This document shows, piece after piece, positions 12,781 through 24,759 of a stretch of 64,000 nucleotides of DNA (the first letter of the stretch is position 1; the number at the start of each line of letters is the position of its first letter). The position numbers and the translations under genes were made by a program. The notes beneath the pieces are model-generated. The model saw nothing but the letters and a program-made list of their open reading frames with translations, was not told the DNA's origin and made no database searches. The stretch is from contig CAUYUJ010000114.1 in the NCBI GenBank assembly GCA_963575745.1, positions 1,240,001-1,304,000 of the forward strand. Reading direction: 5' to 3'. This stretch comes from Prorocentrum cordatum. Taxonomy: Eukaryota.

Positions 12781-13430
12781 AAAAGCGACCACACGCGGGA
12801 AGCTCCAAATAACCCCAGAATTCTATCATACATTCCGGGAAGGCTGAGAAGGGCGATGGGCAGACCTTGTGCAAGAAGAACGTGCTTGGAGGAAACACGT
12901 GAGTGCGCTACAGTAGCGCCTGCCGATGCGCCCCCGGGCGTTTGGCCCTCTGCTCTGCTCTCTGCTGAGGCTGGAGGTCAGAAGGGACTTGAGGACATTC
13001 CAATTCGCGCCTCAAGGCGCGATAAGCGGGGGCCCAGGCCAGGGGCCCCCGCCTCTACAACGGTGGAGTGGCACAGGCTTCCCTGCCAGCGTGCCGTGTC
13101 CTCCCGGCCAGCGTTCCGGGTCCCCACAGAGACACCAGGAAGCCCCAAGCGGGCACAGAAAGCGACAGGAGGCCCAAGAGAGCCTCAGGACATTTCAGAA
13201 GCCTCCACAGCGGCTCAGGATGGTCCTACGCGGCAGCAGGCCCGCCCCCAGAAAGGGCTTATGGAGCTCGACGAGGGCCCCTCAGAGGCTCCCGAGACCT
13301 CCCAAACCATTGATGTTCTTTAGGCTTTGGTATGATTTAGTGTAGTTGACGCTTCGCGTATCCCCACCAGCACAGCCTGCCCCTGCTTGTCCGGCGTTCG
13401 ACCCGCTTCGCGCGCCCGCGTACCAAAAAT

Positions 13431-13621
13431 CTGGACGCCCGACATGGGTACGGAAAAAATGGGTACAATGCCCAACAGCAGGTCCTGTTCATTTTGAACA
13501 GGACTCGCTGTCCGCGCCGCCGCGGCCTGTGTCCATTCGAGACAGAAGGCCGCCTGCCAAACAGCGAATTTTGTTGTTGGGCAGTGTACCCATTCTTTCG
13601 GTACCCATTTCGGGCGTCCAA
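13431..13621. mobile_element. MITE with ~49-bp TIRs and AAAAT flanking repeat; second copy inside JMJD6 intron 4 (~16690-16900)
   Basis: TGGACGCCCGACATGGGTACGGAAAAAATGGGTACAATGCCCAACAGCA matches the reverse complement of 13572-13620. AAAAT at 13426-13430 and 13622-13626. Confidence 0.8.
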
Positions 13622-14607
13622 AAAATGTACCCCCACCAGCCCATCTAGCAGCGATGCGTCGGCGAGTTGCGTTCATCAGGGAAGTACGGGGGCGCGCAGT
13701 GAAGCAAAGAGGCGGATGCAGCCGTCAAACAGAATATCGGGATCTGCTTGAACAGGCTCAGGAGTCAACCATGAATGCCTTCACGGATCTGTCGACACGG
13801 GAGCTTATTGGCAGCTTCCCTGCGCCATCTTGGGACCACGTCGGGGCAATTTTGCGACCATTGGTGCCGTTCGGGGCTCTCTTGGGTCTCTGTTGGGGGC
13901 CACAGGGGGCCACTTGGGGCCATCTTGGAGGACACCGATCAAATAAGTCGGGTCCTCGATCCGCCCATCCTGAGGCCCGAAGGTCGCGTTCTGGGGTCAT
14001 CTTGCAGCCCTCTTGGGCCTCTCTTAGGGGCCTCCTGGGCCATCGTAGGCCATCTTAAATCGGATGTGGATCGACCTCCTGCCCTGACACGTCGGTTAGT
14101 GAATTGGCCGTTTTCGGTTCGCGAGAGGGCGTCGCGGCCGTTATTTTTGTGGGTCTAGGTCCGTCGGTTTCGGTCCTAGGCCGTTTTCACTAAAGGGAGG
14201 TTTACTAAAGGGAGGCTTGTCCACCGCCAATTAAGGTCTCGGCACCCATCGGGCGCGAGAAGACACGGATGGCCTCTTGGGGGCCTGGAGGCGAGCGGGC
14301 GAAACGCCACCGCGGCGGAAGATGATTGGGCCCGCGCCCCTGGCAGGCGGAGGAGCCGCGGGAACGCGACAGGGAGCATGGCCGGGGCACCAAACGGATA
14401 GGCTGCGCTGCCAAGGACGCACCGGATTCGTAGTTGCTCCGCCCTGCTCGACCGACGCTGCTTGCCAGTTGCTACAATTTGAACGCCCGAGGGCCCTGCA
14501 TCCTTCTCTTGCAGCCTCGTGACGGGCCCCGACTGCACTGACGGGGACTGCCTCAGGGCACGGGCTCGAGCTCGTGGCGAGCCGGCTGGCGCCCGCGGCT
14601 CGATGGC

Positions 14608-17600
14608 ATGGACCCGGGCGGCGCTGCGCCACTTGCCCATGCCCCGGGCGGGCGGCCGAGCGGCTTCCGGCACAGGCGCACGGCGAAGGAGGTGTGGCGC
14701 TGCAAGAGGGCACACCGGACCGACTTGGCTCCCAACGCGTGGGGCCGGTACGGCTACGCGCACCGCCCGAGCCCCGCGCTGGCCCCCGAGCTGCCGCTGG
14801 GCGGCTCGCCCGCCAGCCTGCCGCTGCCTCGGGTGCGCTGGGGCGAGGTGGCCGCCGCGGAGTTCTTCGAGCGCTTCGCGCTGCCTGGCCGGCCGTGCAT
14901 AATCGAGGGGGCCGTGGACGGGTGGCCCGCAATGCACCGCTGGGATATCGTCAGGGCCCCCTCAGCGGGGACATTGGATGAGCCAGGGCACCTGCGCGCC
15001 CCAGCAGACTTCGGCCGTGGGTCGGAACTTTCGCCACTCCTCGGCCCCTCCAGCCGGGATTCTCAGAAAGCCCTGGTCAGCAATGTCCTGGCCCAGGGGG
15101 CCCGGTATCGATTCTCTGCTCGCGCGGTGCGGCCAGGCAGAGTTCAAGGTCGGCGAGGACGACAAGGGGCGGAGGCTGCGGATGAAGCTCAAGTACTTCG
15201 TCGACTACATGCGCCACCAGCAGGACGACAGCCCCCTGTACCTCTTCGAGGGGGGGGTGGAGAGCGAGCCCGTGGCCCGCCAGCTGCTGGAGGACTTCGC
15301 CGTGCCAGAGGCCTTCCCGCACGACCTGTTCGACCTCGTCAACTCCAAGGCGAAGCCACCGCACAGGTGGTGGAGCATAGGCCCCCGACGATCCGGCACG
15401 TCCGTGCACATCGACCCGCTGGGCACCAGCGCCTGGAACGCGGTCACGCACGGGCAGAAGCGTTGGGTGCTGTTCGAGCCGTCGGTTCCCAAGAGGCTCG
15501 CCAGGGGTGCCGACCTGATCGACAAGGGGAGGGAGGACGACGAGGCCGTCATGTACTTCGACTTTATCTGGCCGCGCTGCCCGGCGGATCCGCCACCTCG
15601 CTTGCCTGGGGGGGGCGGGGGGCGCATCGGGGAGAGGGCGCGCCATGGAACTCACCATCCACAGCGTTGATGTGGATGCCAACTTTGCGTGGAAGGCAGA
15701 AGAAGAACGAGCAGAAAAAAAAAAGAAAATGAGAAGAATACGAATAATAATAAGAAGAAGAAGAAGAAGAAGAAGAAACATAATAAGAATAAGAAGAAAA
15801 AGACAAATAATAATAATGATATCGGTCATACAGATTTCGGCGCGCCGGGCAGAACTTGCGCGGCATCTGCTTTCGTTTTTGGTGACAAGCACAAGCTCGC
15901 CATGGGAGGCACATTCCTCGAGACTCGGACCGACTCTTTTTCCGCGTAGCGCGTAGAATGGTTGAGCGGTTTGCGCATGCATGATGTGAACGCAATCTGA
16001 AGCGTTTGGCTAGTCCAGGTAGGATTCAGGCCGCCGTGCGAAACGAGACGAAAGAGGAAGAGCAATAATAATCAGAAGTAGAAGTAACATGTAGGCAGCA
16101 CGTGGAGTTGGCCGAAAGAACACGCGCCTTTGGCTCGAGGCGTGCCCTGCGCACTGCGTCTCAATGAGCAGATCTCACTAAAATAACAAGGACACCGCAC
16201 GCCAACAGTCGCAGAAGCGGTGGCGGATTCTGCCGCGGATCAAGCGCATGCACCCTGACGTTCGGGTCTACGAGGCCGTGCAGAACCCGGGCGAGGTCAT
16301 ATTCGTGCCCAGCGAGTGGTGGCACGGTGCTCTGAACATGGAGGCAGAGCTCATTTCGGTTCTTCCGGCTCGATTTGATTCGATGTTGATCGATTCCGAT
16401 TCGGATCCACTTTGATTTTGGATTCTGATGCGGATTCCGGTTTCTGAATTGAAACCCACGCGAGCCTACTGACTCCCGCCGATTCGGCTTCTCCCGACTT
16501 GGCTGCCGCTCTCCGCCGATCCGGTTCATTTCGATCGCCGATCCGACTCGTCGATTGAGTTCTGGGCCCTCCTGCCCGCAGGACACCGTGGCCGTGACGC
16601 AGAACTATTGCGGCTACGACAACTTCGACCTCGTCTGGGCGCGCACCCGGCGCGACCGAGAGAAGCTGGCCTTCCTGTGGCTGCGGAACTCGGCACGAAC
16701 GAGACGGGTACGGAAAGAAGGGGTACGCTGCCCAGCAGCAGCTCCTGCTCACTCTGAACAGGACTCGCTGTCCGCGCCGCCGCGGCCTGTGTCCACTTGA
16801 GACAGCAGGCCGCCTGCCCAACAGCGGCCGCTGTTGGTTTGGGACAACATTTGCTGTTGGGCATTGTACCCATCCTTTCCGTACCCATTTCGGACGTCCA
16901 AATCCTCCTCCCCCTCCCTCCCCCTCCTCCCCTCCTCCCTCCTCCTCCTCCTCCTCCTCCTCCTCCTCCTCCTCCTCCCTCCTCCTCCCTCCTCCTCCTC
17001 CTCCTCCTCCTCCTCCTCCTCCTCCTCCTCCTCCTCCTCCTCCTCCCCCTCCCCTCCCCCTCCCCCTCCCCCCTCCCCCTCCCCTCCTCCCCCTCCCCCT
17101 CCCCCCTCCCCCTCCCTGAGGAACATGCGCAGGTTCGCCCCCGCCCTGCACGCGCGGGCCCTCCAGCTGAACCGGCGGGACGGCGCCCTCATGCGCCACG
17201 AGCGTGCCGGCGGCGGGCGGCGCCGCGAGGCCGGCGCCGCCTCGTCCTCGGCTTAAGTCGGGCGCGTCTTTCTACAGGGGGAAGGTTCAAGAATAGTCAA
17301 GAAATACCCATCGGTCGTTGAAAGTAGGCATTTTTGGATTCCCAGATTCCAATCTACTTTCAGCGCCTTCCTACTTCAAGAGTCGAGTGGTTTTCCCTCT
17401 TCCTTCCTCTTCAGGAGGCGTGCGGAAACCCAATCTATTTCCAACGCCTTCCTACTTCATGTTTCTACCTATTTCTTCCGACCGATGGGTAGTCAAGAAC
17501 TAGTCTGGGCACTTTTTTTGACTGTTCTTGACCATCTTGGGGATACATTTTTGCGCGCATGTTCAGGCTTTCGTCCCAAAGTCCCCCCTGTAGGAGGACG

Positions 17601-17762
17601 GGCCCGACTTAATCCTCGTCCTCGTCCGCGGGCAGCTCCTCGAGCGACTCGTCCAGCGACGAGGAGTGCCACCTGGACCTGGCGCGGGTGCACGCGCGGC
17701 CCGGCGGCGCGGGGGTGGTGCCGCCGTGGCTGCGCCGCCCGGCGCCCCCCTGGCCGGCCAAG
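14608..17762 (+). CDS. JMJD6: JmjC-domain 2OG/Fe(II) oxygenase, JMJD6 type; exons ~14608-14950, 15111-15576, 16238-16343, 16582-16685, 17121-17250, 17619-17762 (possible further exon 19492-19647)
   Basis: Translation follows JMJD6 colinearly: EFFERFALPGRPCII..GWPAMHRW, FKVGEDDKG..MKLKYFVDYM..DDSPLYLF, GPRRSGTSVHIDPLGTSAWN (HxD), GQKRWVLF, QNPGEVIFVPSEWWHGALN (distal His), DTVAVTQNY..NFDLVW, and a C-terminal poly-Ser (SSSSDSSSDEE). Intron 3 is GC-AG (16344-16581) and intron 4 is GA-AG (16686-17120). Junctions 1, 2 and 5 are uncertain. Confidence 0.92.
14951..15105. mobile_element. MITE-like insert forming JMJD6 intron 1 (candidate Introner)
   Basis: TATCG direct repeat at 14946-14950 and 15106-15110; imperfect TIR 20/26 (14951-14976 vs 15081-15106). 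Confidence 0.75.
17251..17612. mobile_element. TIR element forming putative JMJD6 intron 5
   Basis: TIR 26/29 (17253-17281 vs 17584-17612); TCCTCG on both flanks (17245-17250, 17613-17618). Confidence 0.8.
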
Positions 17763-17776
17763 GTTGGCGCCAGAGG

Positions 17777-17944
17777 TCGGGTGTTGCTAGAAGGACCCCT
17801 GGCCCAAGGTGCCCCCAGGATTCTCAGGGCGGCCCAGGCGGCCTCCAGGGCACCACTCGCGAGGCCCAGAGGACCCCACGGGCTCCAAAATGGAACGAAA
17901 AGTTGGGGGCACCGTGGGCCCGGGGCACTTCTAGCAACACCCGA
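17777..17944. mobile_element. MITE, 41-bp TIR, 5-bp TSD AGAGG
   Basis: TIR 37/41 starting TCGGGTGTTGCTAGAAG; AGAGG at 17772-17776 and 17945-17949. Confidence 0.88.
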
Positions 17945-19059
17945 AGAGGGGAAGCAGAAACGGTGGGGGCGTTTGTTGAGGAATTTGCCCAGGAGGCTTC
18001 AGACCCTGGAGCCTTCCTCATCTCCCCCAGCGTCGAGCATGTACATATCCACGTACTCGCGGTCTGCATTCCGGGGCGCGATCCCGCGGAAACGTTGTCG
18101 CACGCATTTCGCCCACGACAAAGGAAACGATGGGGGCGTTCGTTGAGGAATGTGCCAGGAGGCTTCAGACCCTGGGGGATTCCTTAGCTGGTCAGGGTGG
18201 TGGTGATGTTCATGGCCACTCCACGATCAGTGTTCCACAGGTTTCCAGACCCTGGACTCCTTATCCGACGGCTGCTCGCCCTGGAGAGCAAGCGTTGCCA
18301 CGGCTAGATTATCCTCGGCGTTCTGGTCAGAGTGCACCCAGGGAGAGGTCCCGGGAGAACGGGTATCGGTACCTTCTTGTGTCTCTGCACGGAGGAACGC
18401 GCACGGTGGGTTGCGCAAGGGGGGGGGCGGGGGGGGGGGCCTTCTGAGGAGGCAGGGGGGCTTCTCAGGGGGGCCCTCCTGGCTTCCGGGAGGCCTTCTC
18501 TGAGGCACCAGGGCCGTCTCTAAGAAGCCACAGTGCCTTCCAAGAAGCCACCCCCTCCTGCCTTCTTAGAAGACCGTCCACCTCGCGGCAAACCCTTGCG
18601 CGCGCTGGGATCGAAGAAAAGCAAACGGCATGGTCAAATTGTTCTTGAGACCTCATTTTCTCCGTGACGCGTCTCGATCAAATCTCTTAATCAGTGGTGT
18701 TGGGCTTCCCCCAGTCCCTCGCCGTTGGTCCCTGCCTTGGTGCGGTGGGTGCCTTCAGACTTGTTTGCCGATCCCAGAAATTCGCGCGGGCCTCCGAGAG
18801 TTTCAAGTCGTGCCCCTCTTTCTGAACCTCGAGAGGAGCGGCTGCCGCCCTGGCCGAGGCCCCCAGCGGCAGCCCCTCAGGCAGGGCCCATCTCGACCCG
18901 ATCGATCCCATGCGATGTCGATTTCGGCCCTACTCCAGTCGGCTCCGATCCGAGCTCGAATCGACCCCATGCCGACGCGGGCTGACCGGATGCTGACAGA
19001 TCTACCGGTCCGATGCCGGCAGACCTTGCCAGACGCCTGCGCAAGCGCTGGACCTGCGG

Positions 19060-19062
19060 GGA

Positions 19063-19112
<50 letters not shown>

Positions 19113-19681
19113 GGAAGGAGGAGAAGGAGGAGGAATAGGAGGAATAGGAGGATAGGAGGGGAGGAGGAGGGAGGAGGAGGAGGAGGAGAGGAGGAGGAGG
19201 AGAGGGAGGAGAGGAGGGAGGAGGAGGAGGAGAGTAGGAGGAGGAGGAGGAGGAGAGAGAGGAGGAGGAGGAGAGGACAGGAGGAGGAGTAAAAGGAGGA
19301 TGAGTACAAGTAGGAGGAGGAGGAGGAGGAGGAGGAGGAGGACAAGGAGGACAAGGAGGACAAGGAGGAAGAGGAGGACAAGAGGAGGAGAGGAGGAGGA
19401 GGAGAGGAGGAGGAGGAGGAGGAGGAGGAGGAGGAGGAGGGAGGAGGAGGAGGAGGAGAGGGAGGACAGATCCCGCCGGGTGCACGCGCAGGCGTTGGCC
19501 ACGGTGCCCGCCAGCCGGGGCCCGCCCGCCCTCGGCGCCGGGCAGCCGCCGCCCGCCCCCGCCGGGGAGAGGCGCCCGGCGGAGGGCGCCCGTGCCTGGG
19601 AGGCGTTCCGGGTGCCCCGCGGCGGGTGCGCGGCCCGGGCCGTCCAGGACTTATCCTGGGGGGAACTTGGGGAGGGGGGGA

Positions 19682-19712
<31 letters not shown>

Positions 19713-19817
19713 AGGAGGAGGAGGAGGAGGAGGAGGAGGAGGAGGAGGAGGAGGAGGAGGAGGAGGAGGAGGAGAGGAGGGAGGAGGAGGAGGAGGAGGG
19801 GAGGAGGGGGAGGGGGA

Positions 19818-19850
<33 letters not shown>

Positions 19851-20020
19851 GAGGAGGAGGAGGAGGAGGAGGAGGAGGAGGAGGAGATGGAGGAGGAGGA
19901 GATGGAGGAGAGAGGAAGGGAGGAAGAGGTGGGTGGGGAGGAGGAGGAGGAGGAGGAGGAGGAGGAGGAGGAGGAGGACGGGGAGGAGGAGGAGGAGGAG
20001 GAGGAGGAGAAGGAGGAGGA
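19060..20020. repeat. (GCA)n and (GGA)n microsatellite field with a unique GC-rich island at 19465-19660
   Basis: Directly visible. Confidence 0.95.
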
Positions 20021-20259
20021 CCAGTGTAAACCCAAGACTCATCAATGATGTTGGGATATACCCTCCCTCTTCACAGGCCGCTAATTACAAGGATCGACGT
20101 CCACTGAGGGAAGTGCCCCGTTGGGAGACAATCGTTTTTCCCTACCTAGGCTCTGCCTAGAAGGGTTCTTACTCTCTGGGTTTAAAGGGGCCGGGCAGTG
20201 GAAAGCGCCCCGGGCGGTTCCCCCAGTATCCGCCCCGCGGTTCCCCCAGTTGCGCCCCC

Positions 20260-21425
20260 TTAGCCTAGCTTTGCTTATCTCATCTTAGCTTAGCCTAGCT
20301 TAACTTTAGCTTCGCTTAGCCTAGCCTAGCCTGGCTTGGCTTAGCTTAGCCTAGCCTAGCCTAGCTTAGCTTAGCTTAGCTCAGCTTAGCCCAGCTTAGC
20401 TTAGCGCAGCGCAGCATTAGCAGAGCATGTCATAGCATGGCATAACATATCATAGCATATACTAGCATAGCATAGCATAGCGCATCATATCATAGCGCAT
20501 CATAGCATAGCATAGCATGGCATAGCGCAGCATAGCGTATCATACCATAGCCTAGCACAGCATAGCATAGCGCAGCATAGCATAACATCTCATAACATAG
20601 CGCAGCATAGCATAGCATAACATAGCATAGCGCAGCATAGCAAAGCATTGCCTAGCATAGCATAGCATGGCATAGCGCGGCATAGCGCAGCATAGCGCAG
20701 CATAGCATAGCATAGCATAGCATAGCATAGCATAGCATAGCGCGGCATAGCATAGCGTAGCATAGCAGCAAAGCAAAGGCAAAGCAACAGCAGCAACAGC
20801 AACAGCAAAGCACAAGCAACGCAAAGCCGGACCTGCAGTGCTGAACAGCCTGCAGCTCTTGCAGGAGCCGCGAGCAGTGCTGAACAGCTTGCAGCTCTTG
20901 CAAGCAGTGCTGAACAGCCTGCAGCTCTTGCAGGAGCCGCGAGCAGTGCTGAACAGCCTGCAGCTCTTGCAGGAGCCGCGAGCAGTGTTGAACCTAGTGC
21001 AAGCAGTGCTGAACAGCCTGCAGCACTCGCAGGAGCCACGAGCAGTGCTGAACAGCCTGCTGTCGCTGGGTGCACAGCAAAGCAAGACAAAGCAAAGCGC
21101 ATCATAGCATAGCATAGCTTAGCTCAGCATAGCACAGCGCAGCAAAGCATAGCATAGCATAGCATAGCATGGCACAGCTTAGCTTGGCTTAGCTTAGCGT
21201 AGCTTAGCTTAGCTTAGCTGTAGATGTGGATGTGGATGTAGATGTAGATGTAGGTGTAGCTGTAGCTGTAGATGTGGAATGCTCGTGTTGATGTTGATGT
21301 TGATGTAGATGTAGGTGCTGGTGTAGCTGTAGATGTAGGTGTAGGTGTAGCCGTAGATGCTGATGTAGATGTAGATGCAGGTGTAGATGTTAATGTAGCT
21401 GTTGATGTAGATGTAGATGTTGCTT
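20260..21425. repeat. Compound satellite: (CTTAG)n, (CATAG)n, a 39-bp GCAGTGCTGAACAGCCTGCAGCTCTTGCAGGAGCCGCGA minisatellite (20835-21060) and (GATGTA)n
   Basis: Directly visible tandem units. Confidence 0.92.
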
Positions 21426-21989
21426 TCCTAGATGCTCCAACTCCTAGGTAGGGTCGCACTGGGATAATGCCGCGGTGGGAGACAATCGTTTGAATATCCT
21501 GAAGCGTGCCAAAACACCGTGCCCATGACTTCAACCCCACGGGTCAACCTGACTGTTGCGTTTTGACGATCCTGAATCGTGCCAGAACATCATTCCTGGG
21601 ACTTCAGCACCGCGAATCATCGTAACTGTGGCGCCCTGACAATCTTGAATCGTTCCAAGCCACCATGTCTAGTGCGTTCACCATGAAAAGCAGCGAAACT
21701 TCTGCAAACTTGTAAAGCGAATGTGCGCGGCGCTAGGGCAAGAGCCACATTTTGAAAACGAACCGCCCTCAATCCGTGAAGCTGTTTCGCAAATGTTAAA
21801 AACGAGTGCGCGCGGCGCTGGGGCGAGGGCCACAGTTTGAAAACCACCCGCCCTCCATCTGTGAAGCTGTTTCCGTTCTTACGTAAGCTTGAAACTTACA
21901 AATGGTAAGGAAGTGTCAGGCAAAACGACCGGCCCGCCCTTCGGACTGGCCTCGGAGGAGGGGGGGGGAGGTCTCCTGGGGAGGCCTCC

Positions 21990-22490
21990 TGCGGCGAAAA
22001 GGACCCACGTGTTTTCACGTTTGCTCCGCTCTGGGACGAAAGGGACATCCCACACATGTTTTCGCTTTCGCTCCGCTCTGAGGCGAAAAATATATGTGAT
22101 CCCGCTTGTGCCGTTCTGGGACCAAAGGAACCAACGTGTTGTTTTCACGCGTGTCCCGCCCTGGCGCGAACGGGACCCACGTGTTTTCACACTTGTTCCG
22201 CTTTGGGGCGAAAAGGACCCACGTGTTTTCACGTTTGTCCCGCTCTGGGGCGAAAGAGACACACGTGTTTTCCCATGTGTTCCGCTCTGTGGCGAAAGGG
22301 ACCCACGTGTTGTTTCCACGCGTGTCCCGCTCTGATGCGAACTGGACCCGAATGGTTTCACATTTGCTCCGCTCTGGGGCGAAAGGGAGACCCGTGTTTT
22401 CGCGTTTGTCCCGCATTTGGGCGAAAGGGACCCATGTGTTTTCACGTTTGTTTCGCCCTGGGGCGCAACGGACCCGCAGCGAAAGTCTCC
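21990..22490. repeat. ~42-bp minisatellite CCGCTCTGGGGCGAAAGGGACCCACGTGTTTTCACGTTTGTC
   Basis: About 11-12 diverged tandem units. Confidence 0.9.
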
Positions 22491-24045
22491 CCCTGCAGGA
22501 TGTGTTGAGGATGCCTCTCGCGAAACGTTAGTTTTGCATTGTTTGAGGAGACGTCGTGCGGGATCCTGGTCGTCGTCTGGATGCGTTGCGTTTCGGTTCG
22601 GAGTCGCCTCCCAGTCGGTTCGCCCCACTTTGGAAGTGAATCGGATCTTGAGCTCGAGCTGGTTGAACGCCCCACACGTTTCAACTGCGGCCACCTTTGG
22701 GCGACCCAGATCACTTCGGACAGGATTGGGGCGCCAGGGATTGCTTGATCCACAACGCAACAGAAAACAGCACAGTTCAACACAGCATGACGCAGCACAT
22801 TTCAGCACAGTTCGTACCAATCGCAATTTACACTAAGTCGCCGCCCTGGCCAGGATGATAGTGATGGTAGTAAGTTTGTCTTGTGTCGGTTCGAGTCGGG
22901 TCGGTTCGGCCTTCGTATCGTTTCGGTTCGTGTTGATGCAGCTTGTCGCGTCTTGGTTCGCCGTGCTTCGGTCCGTCCATCCTCGGTGCGTTTCGCGTCG
23001 GTCCGGATTCGCCCCCTCTTGGCCCGTCCCGCTATGGAACTGAATCACAACTTGAGCCCGAGCTGGTCGAGCAACCCGCGTGGTTCGATTGCAAGCAGCT
23101 CGAGTTATGCGTTCAGGCAATTCGGGCTTAAGATTTAGATCTGTCCGGTCAGGATTCTGACGCCAAGGATGACCTGAGCCACAATGCATAGAGCATAGCA
23201 CAGGTCAGCGCGGCATGGCGCATTCCAATTCATCGCAACACAGCACAGCACAGCCCCTGGCACGGTACATCACCATCGTTGCATTGAGCATTGCAAGTGC
23301 CCGTCGCCCAAGCCTGGTGTTTCGAAACATCACCACGCTTTACATGTTTACGTCCCTTTGTTCTGGGTTCGTGGGTATCATGTTTATTGATCTAGTCATG
23401 ATCGAGGAGTCCGGCATGGAGAACATCGCCGTACGTTTCATCATCTCGCACATATCGGCCCTTCCATCGGGAAAGGCCCTCACTGTTTCCGGCTACGTCC
23501 CAGAGCACAAGAAGGCGCATCGGCGATCTTTAGGGAGCAAGTTGGCTCCTGAAGCGCACGTGGCGTTACAACATATCATTTGCACACATGTTAGAAATTT
23601 AACGTCACTGCTGTCAGGGTGGCTAAGATCGCTCACTCCTTACCAGCTTAGCCTGGAGCTCATCGCATCACGCTGAGCTACTACGATAAACGACGTCCAG
23701 TCACGCTTCCAGTTTGTTTCGAATCCGCCAACACTTCCTTCAACATACGCGATACGATAGGTAGCAATCACGCTCGACTGACACAGTGCTTCTCTCCACC
23801 AGATCAGTTCACTCGTTCGACGAGGAGCTCGTGATTCCCAGGCTTGGGCCGATAGACTGCGGGAGCGCGACGAACGCGGAGGACGCGAACCTCCCCGAGA
23901 GTCGTGTGGAATCCGAAAGACATGGTGGCCGTCGATCCACTACCGAAGAAAGCGAGGACGAACGAGAGAAAGACATGGTGGCCGTCGATCCACGATCGAA
24001 GAAGGCGAGGATGAACGCGGAGACGCGAACTTCCCCGAGATTCGT

Positions 24046-24759
24046 ATGGAATCCGAAAGACATGGTGGCCGTCGATCCACTACCGAAGAAGGCGAGGACG
24101 AACGAGAGAAAGACATCATGATCATGCGCGACCTGGTACCAGAGTTGATGGACGCCAAAGCACGTGCCTTGTCGGAACAACTTGAGCACCTTTTTTTTTC
24201 GCCTTTCTCTCCACGCATGCCGACCAATAGGGTAGTGGTTTGTTACGAGCACGATATCCACATGTTCAGATTGGACAGCATAGAGCTGCGGGAACACGCC
24301 CAGTACGACGCATTCTTTTCCACCAAAGGTCAGGTGTCCGTGGTATGGCCAATGAGCGATTTATTTGCGCAGATACAAATGGTCATTGCGACTTCGACAT
24401 CGACGCACACGTAAACAGTACTGGATGAGCCTCAATGTAATGTCATGCACCTTGATGAGATAGCTACCATGCGCGCATACGTCGCTGAAGAAAACAAGCG
24501 AGCCGCTGTCGTAAAAGAAAATGCTTGCTTACCACCAAAAAGGACATCCTCAATCATCCCAAACAGGTGTCAAATGCGCTTCTGGCCGAATTTAATATGG
24601 CTGGACAACCGGCGTTTCACTGAGAAGTTGTTGTCCCAAGCCTACAACGTCATGACCTCCAGGTGGAAGTTCGTAAAGACGGAATCCGGTAAGACCGAAA
24701 GGATTCTACGATCTCTCCCAATACTGAAAGGGTTTTGGACCAAGAAGCATTATCTTTGA
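24046..24759 (+). pseudogene. Unique-sequence reading frame of unknown function with one internal stop
   Basis: ORFs 24046-24414 and 24445-24759 share a frame, and composition is globular-protein-like. No family recognised. Confidence 0.3.

Noticed and set aside
16126..16139. Relict dinoflagellate spliced leader (GCCTTTGGCTCGAG)
   Set aside because: Only a partial match, located within an intron and not followed by a start codon context.
20270..20405. Telomeric repeat
   Set aside because: The unit is CTTAG/CCTAG, not TTAGGG or TTTAGGG, and it is internal to a compound satellite.
20552..21115. Cys-rich metallothionein-like repeat protein (RLFSTARGSCKSC)
   Set aside because: Translation of a 39-bp minisatellite embedded in CATAG repeats.
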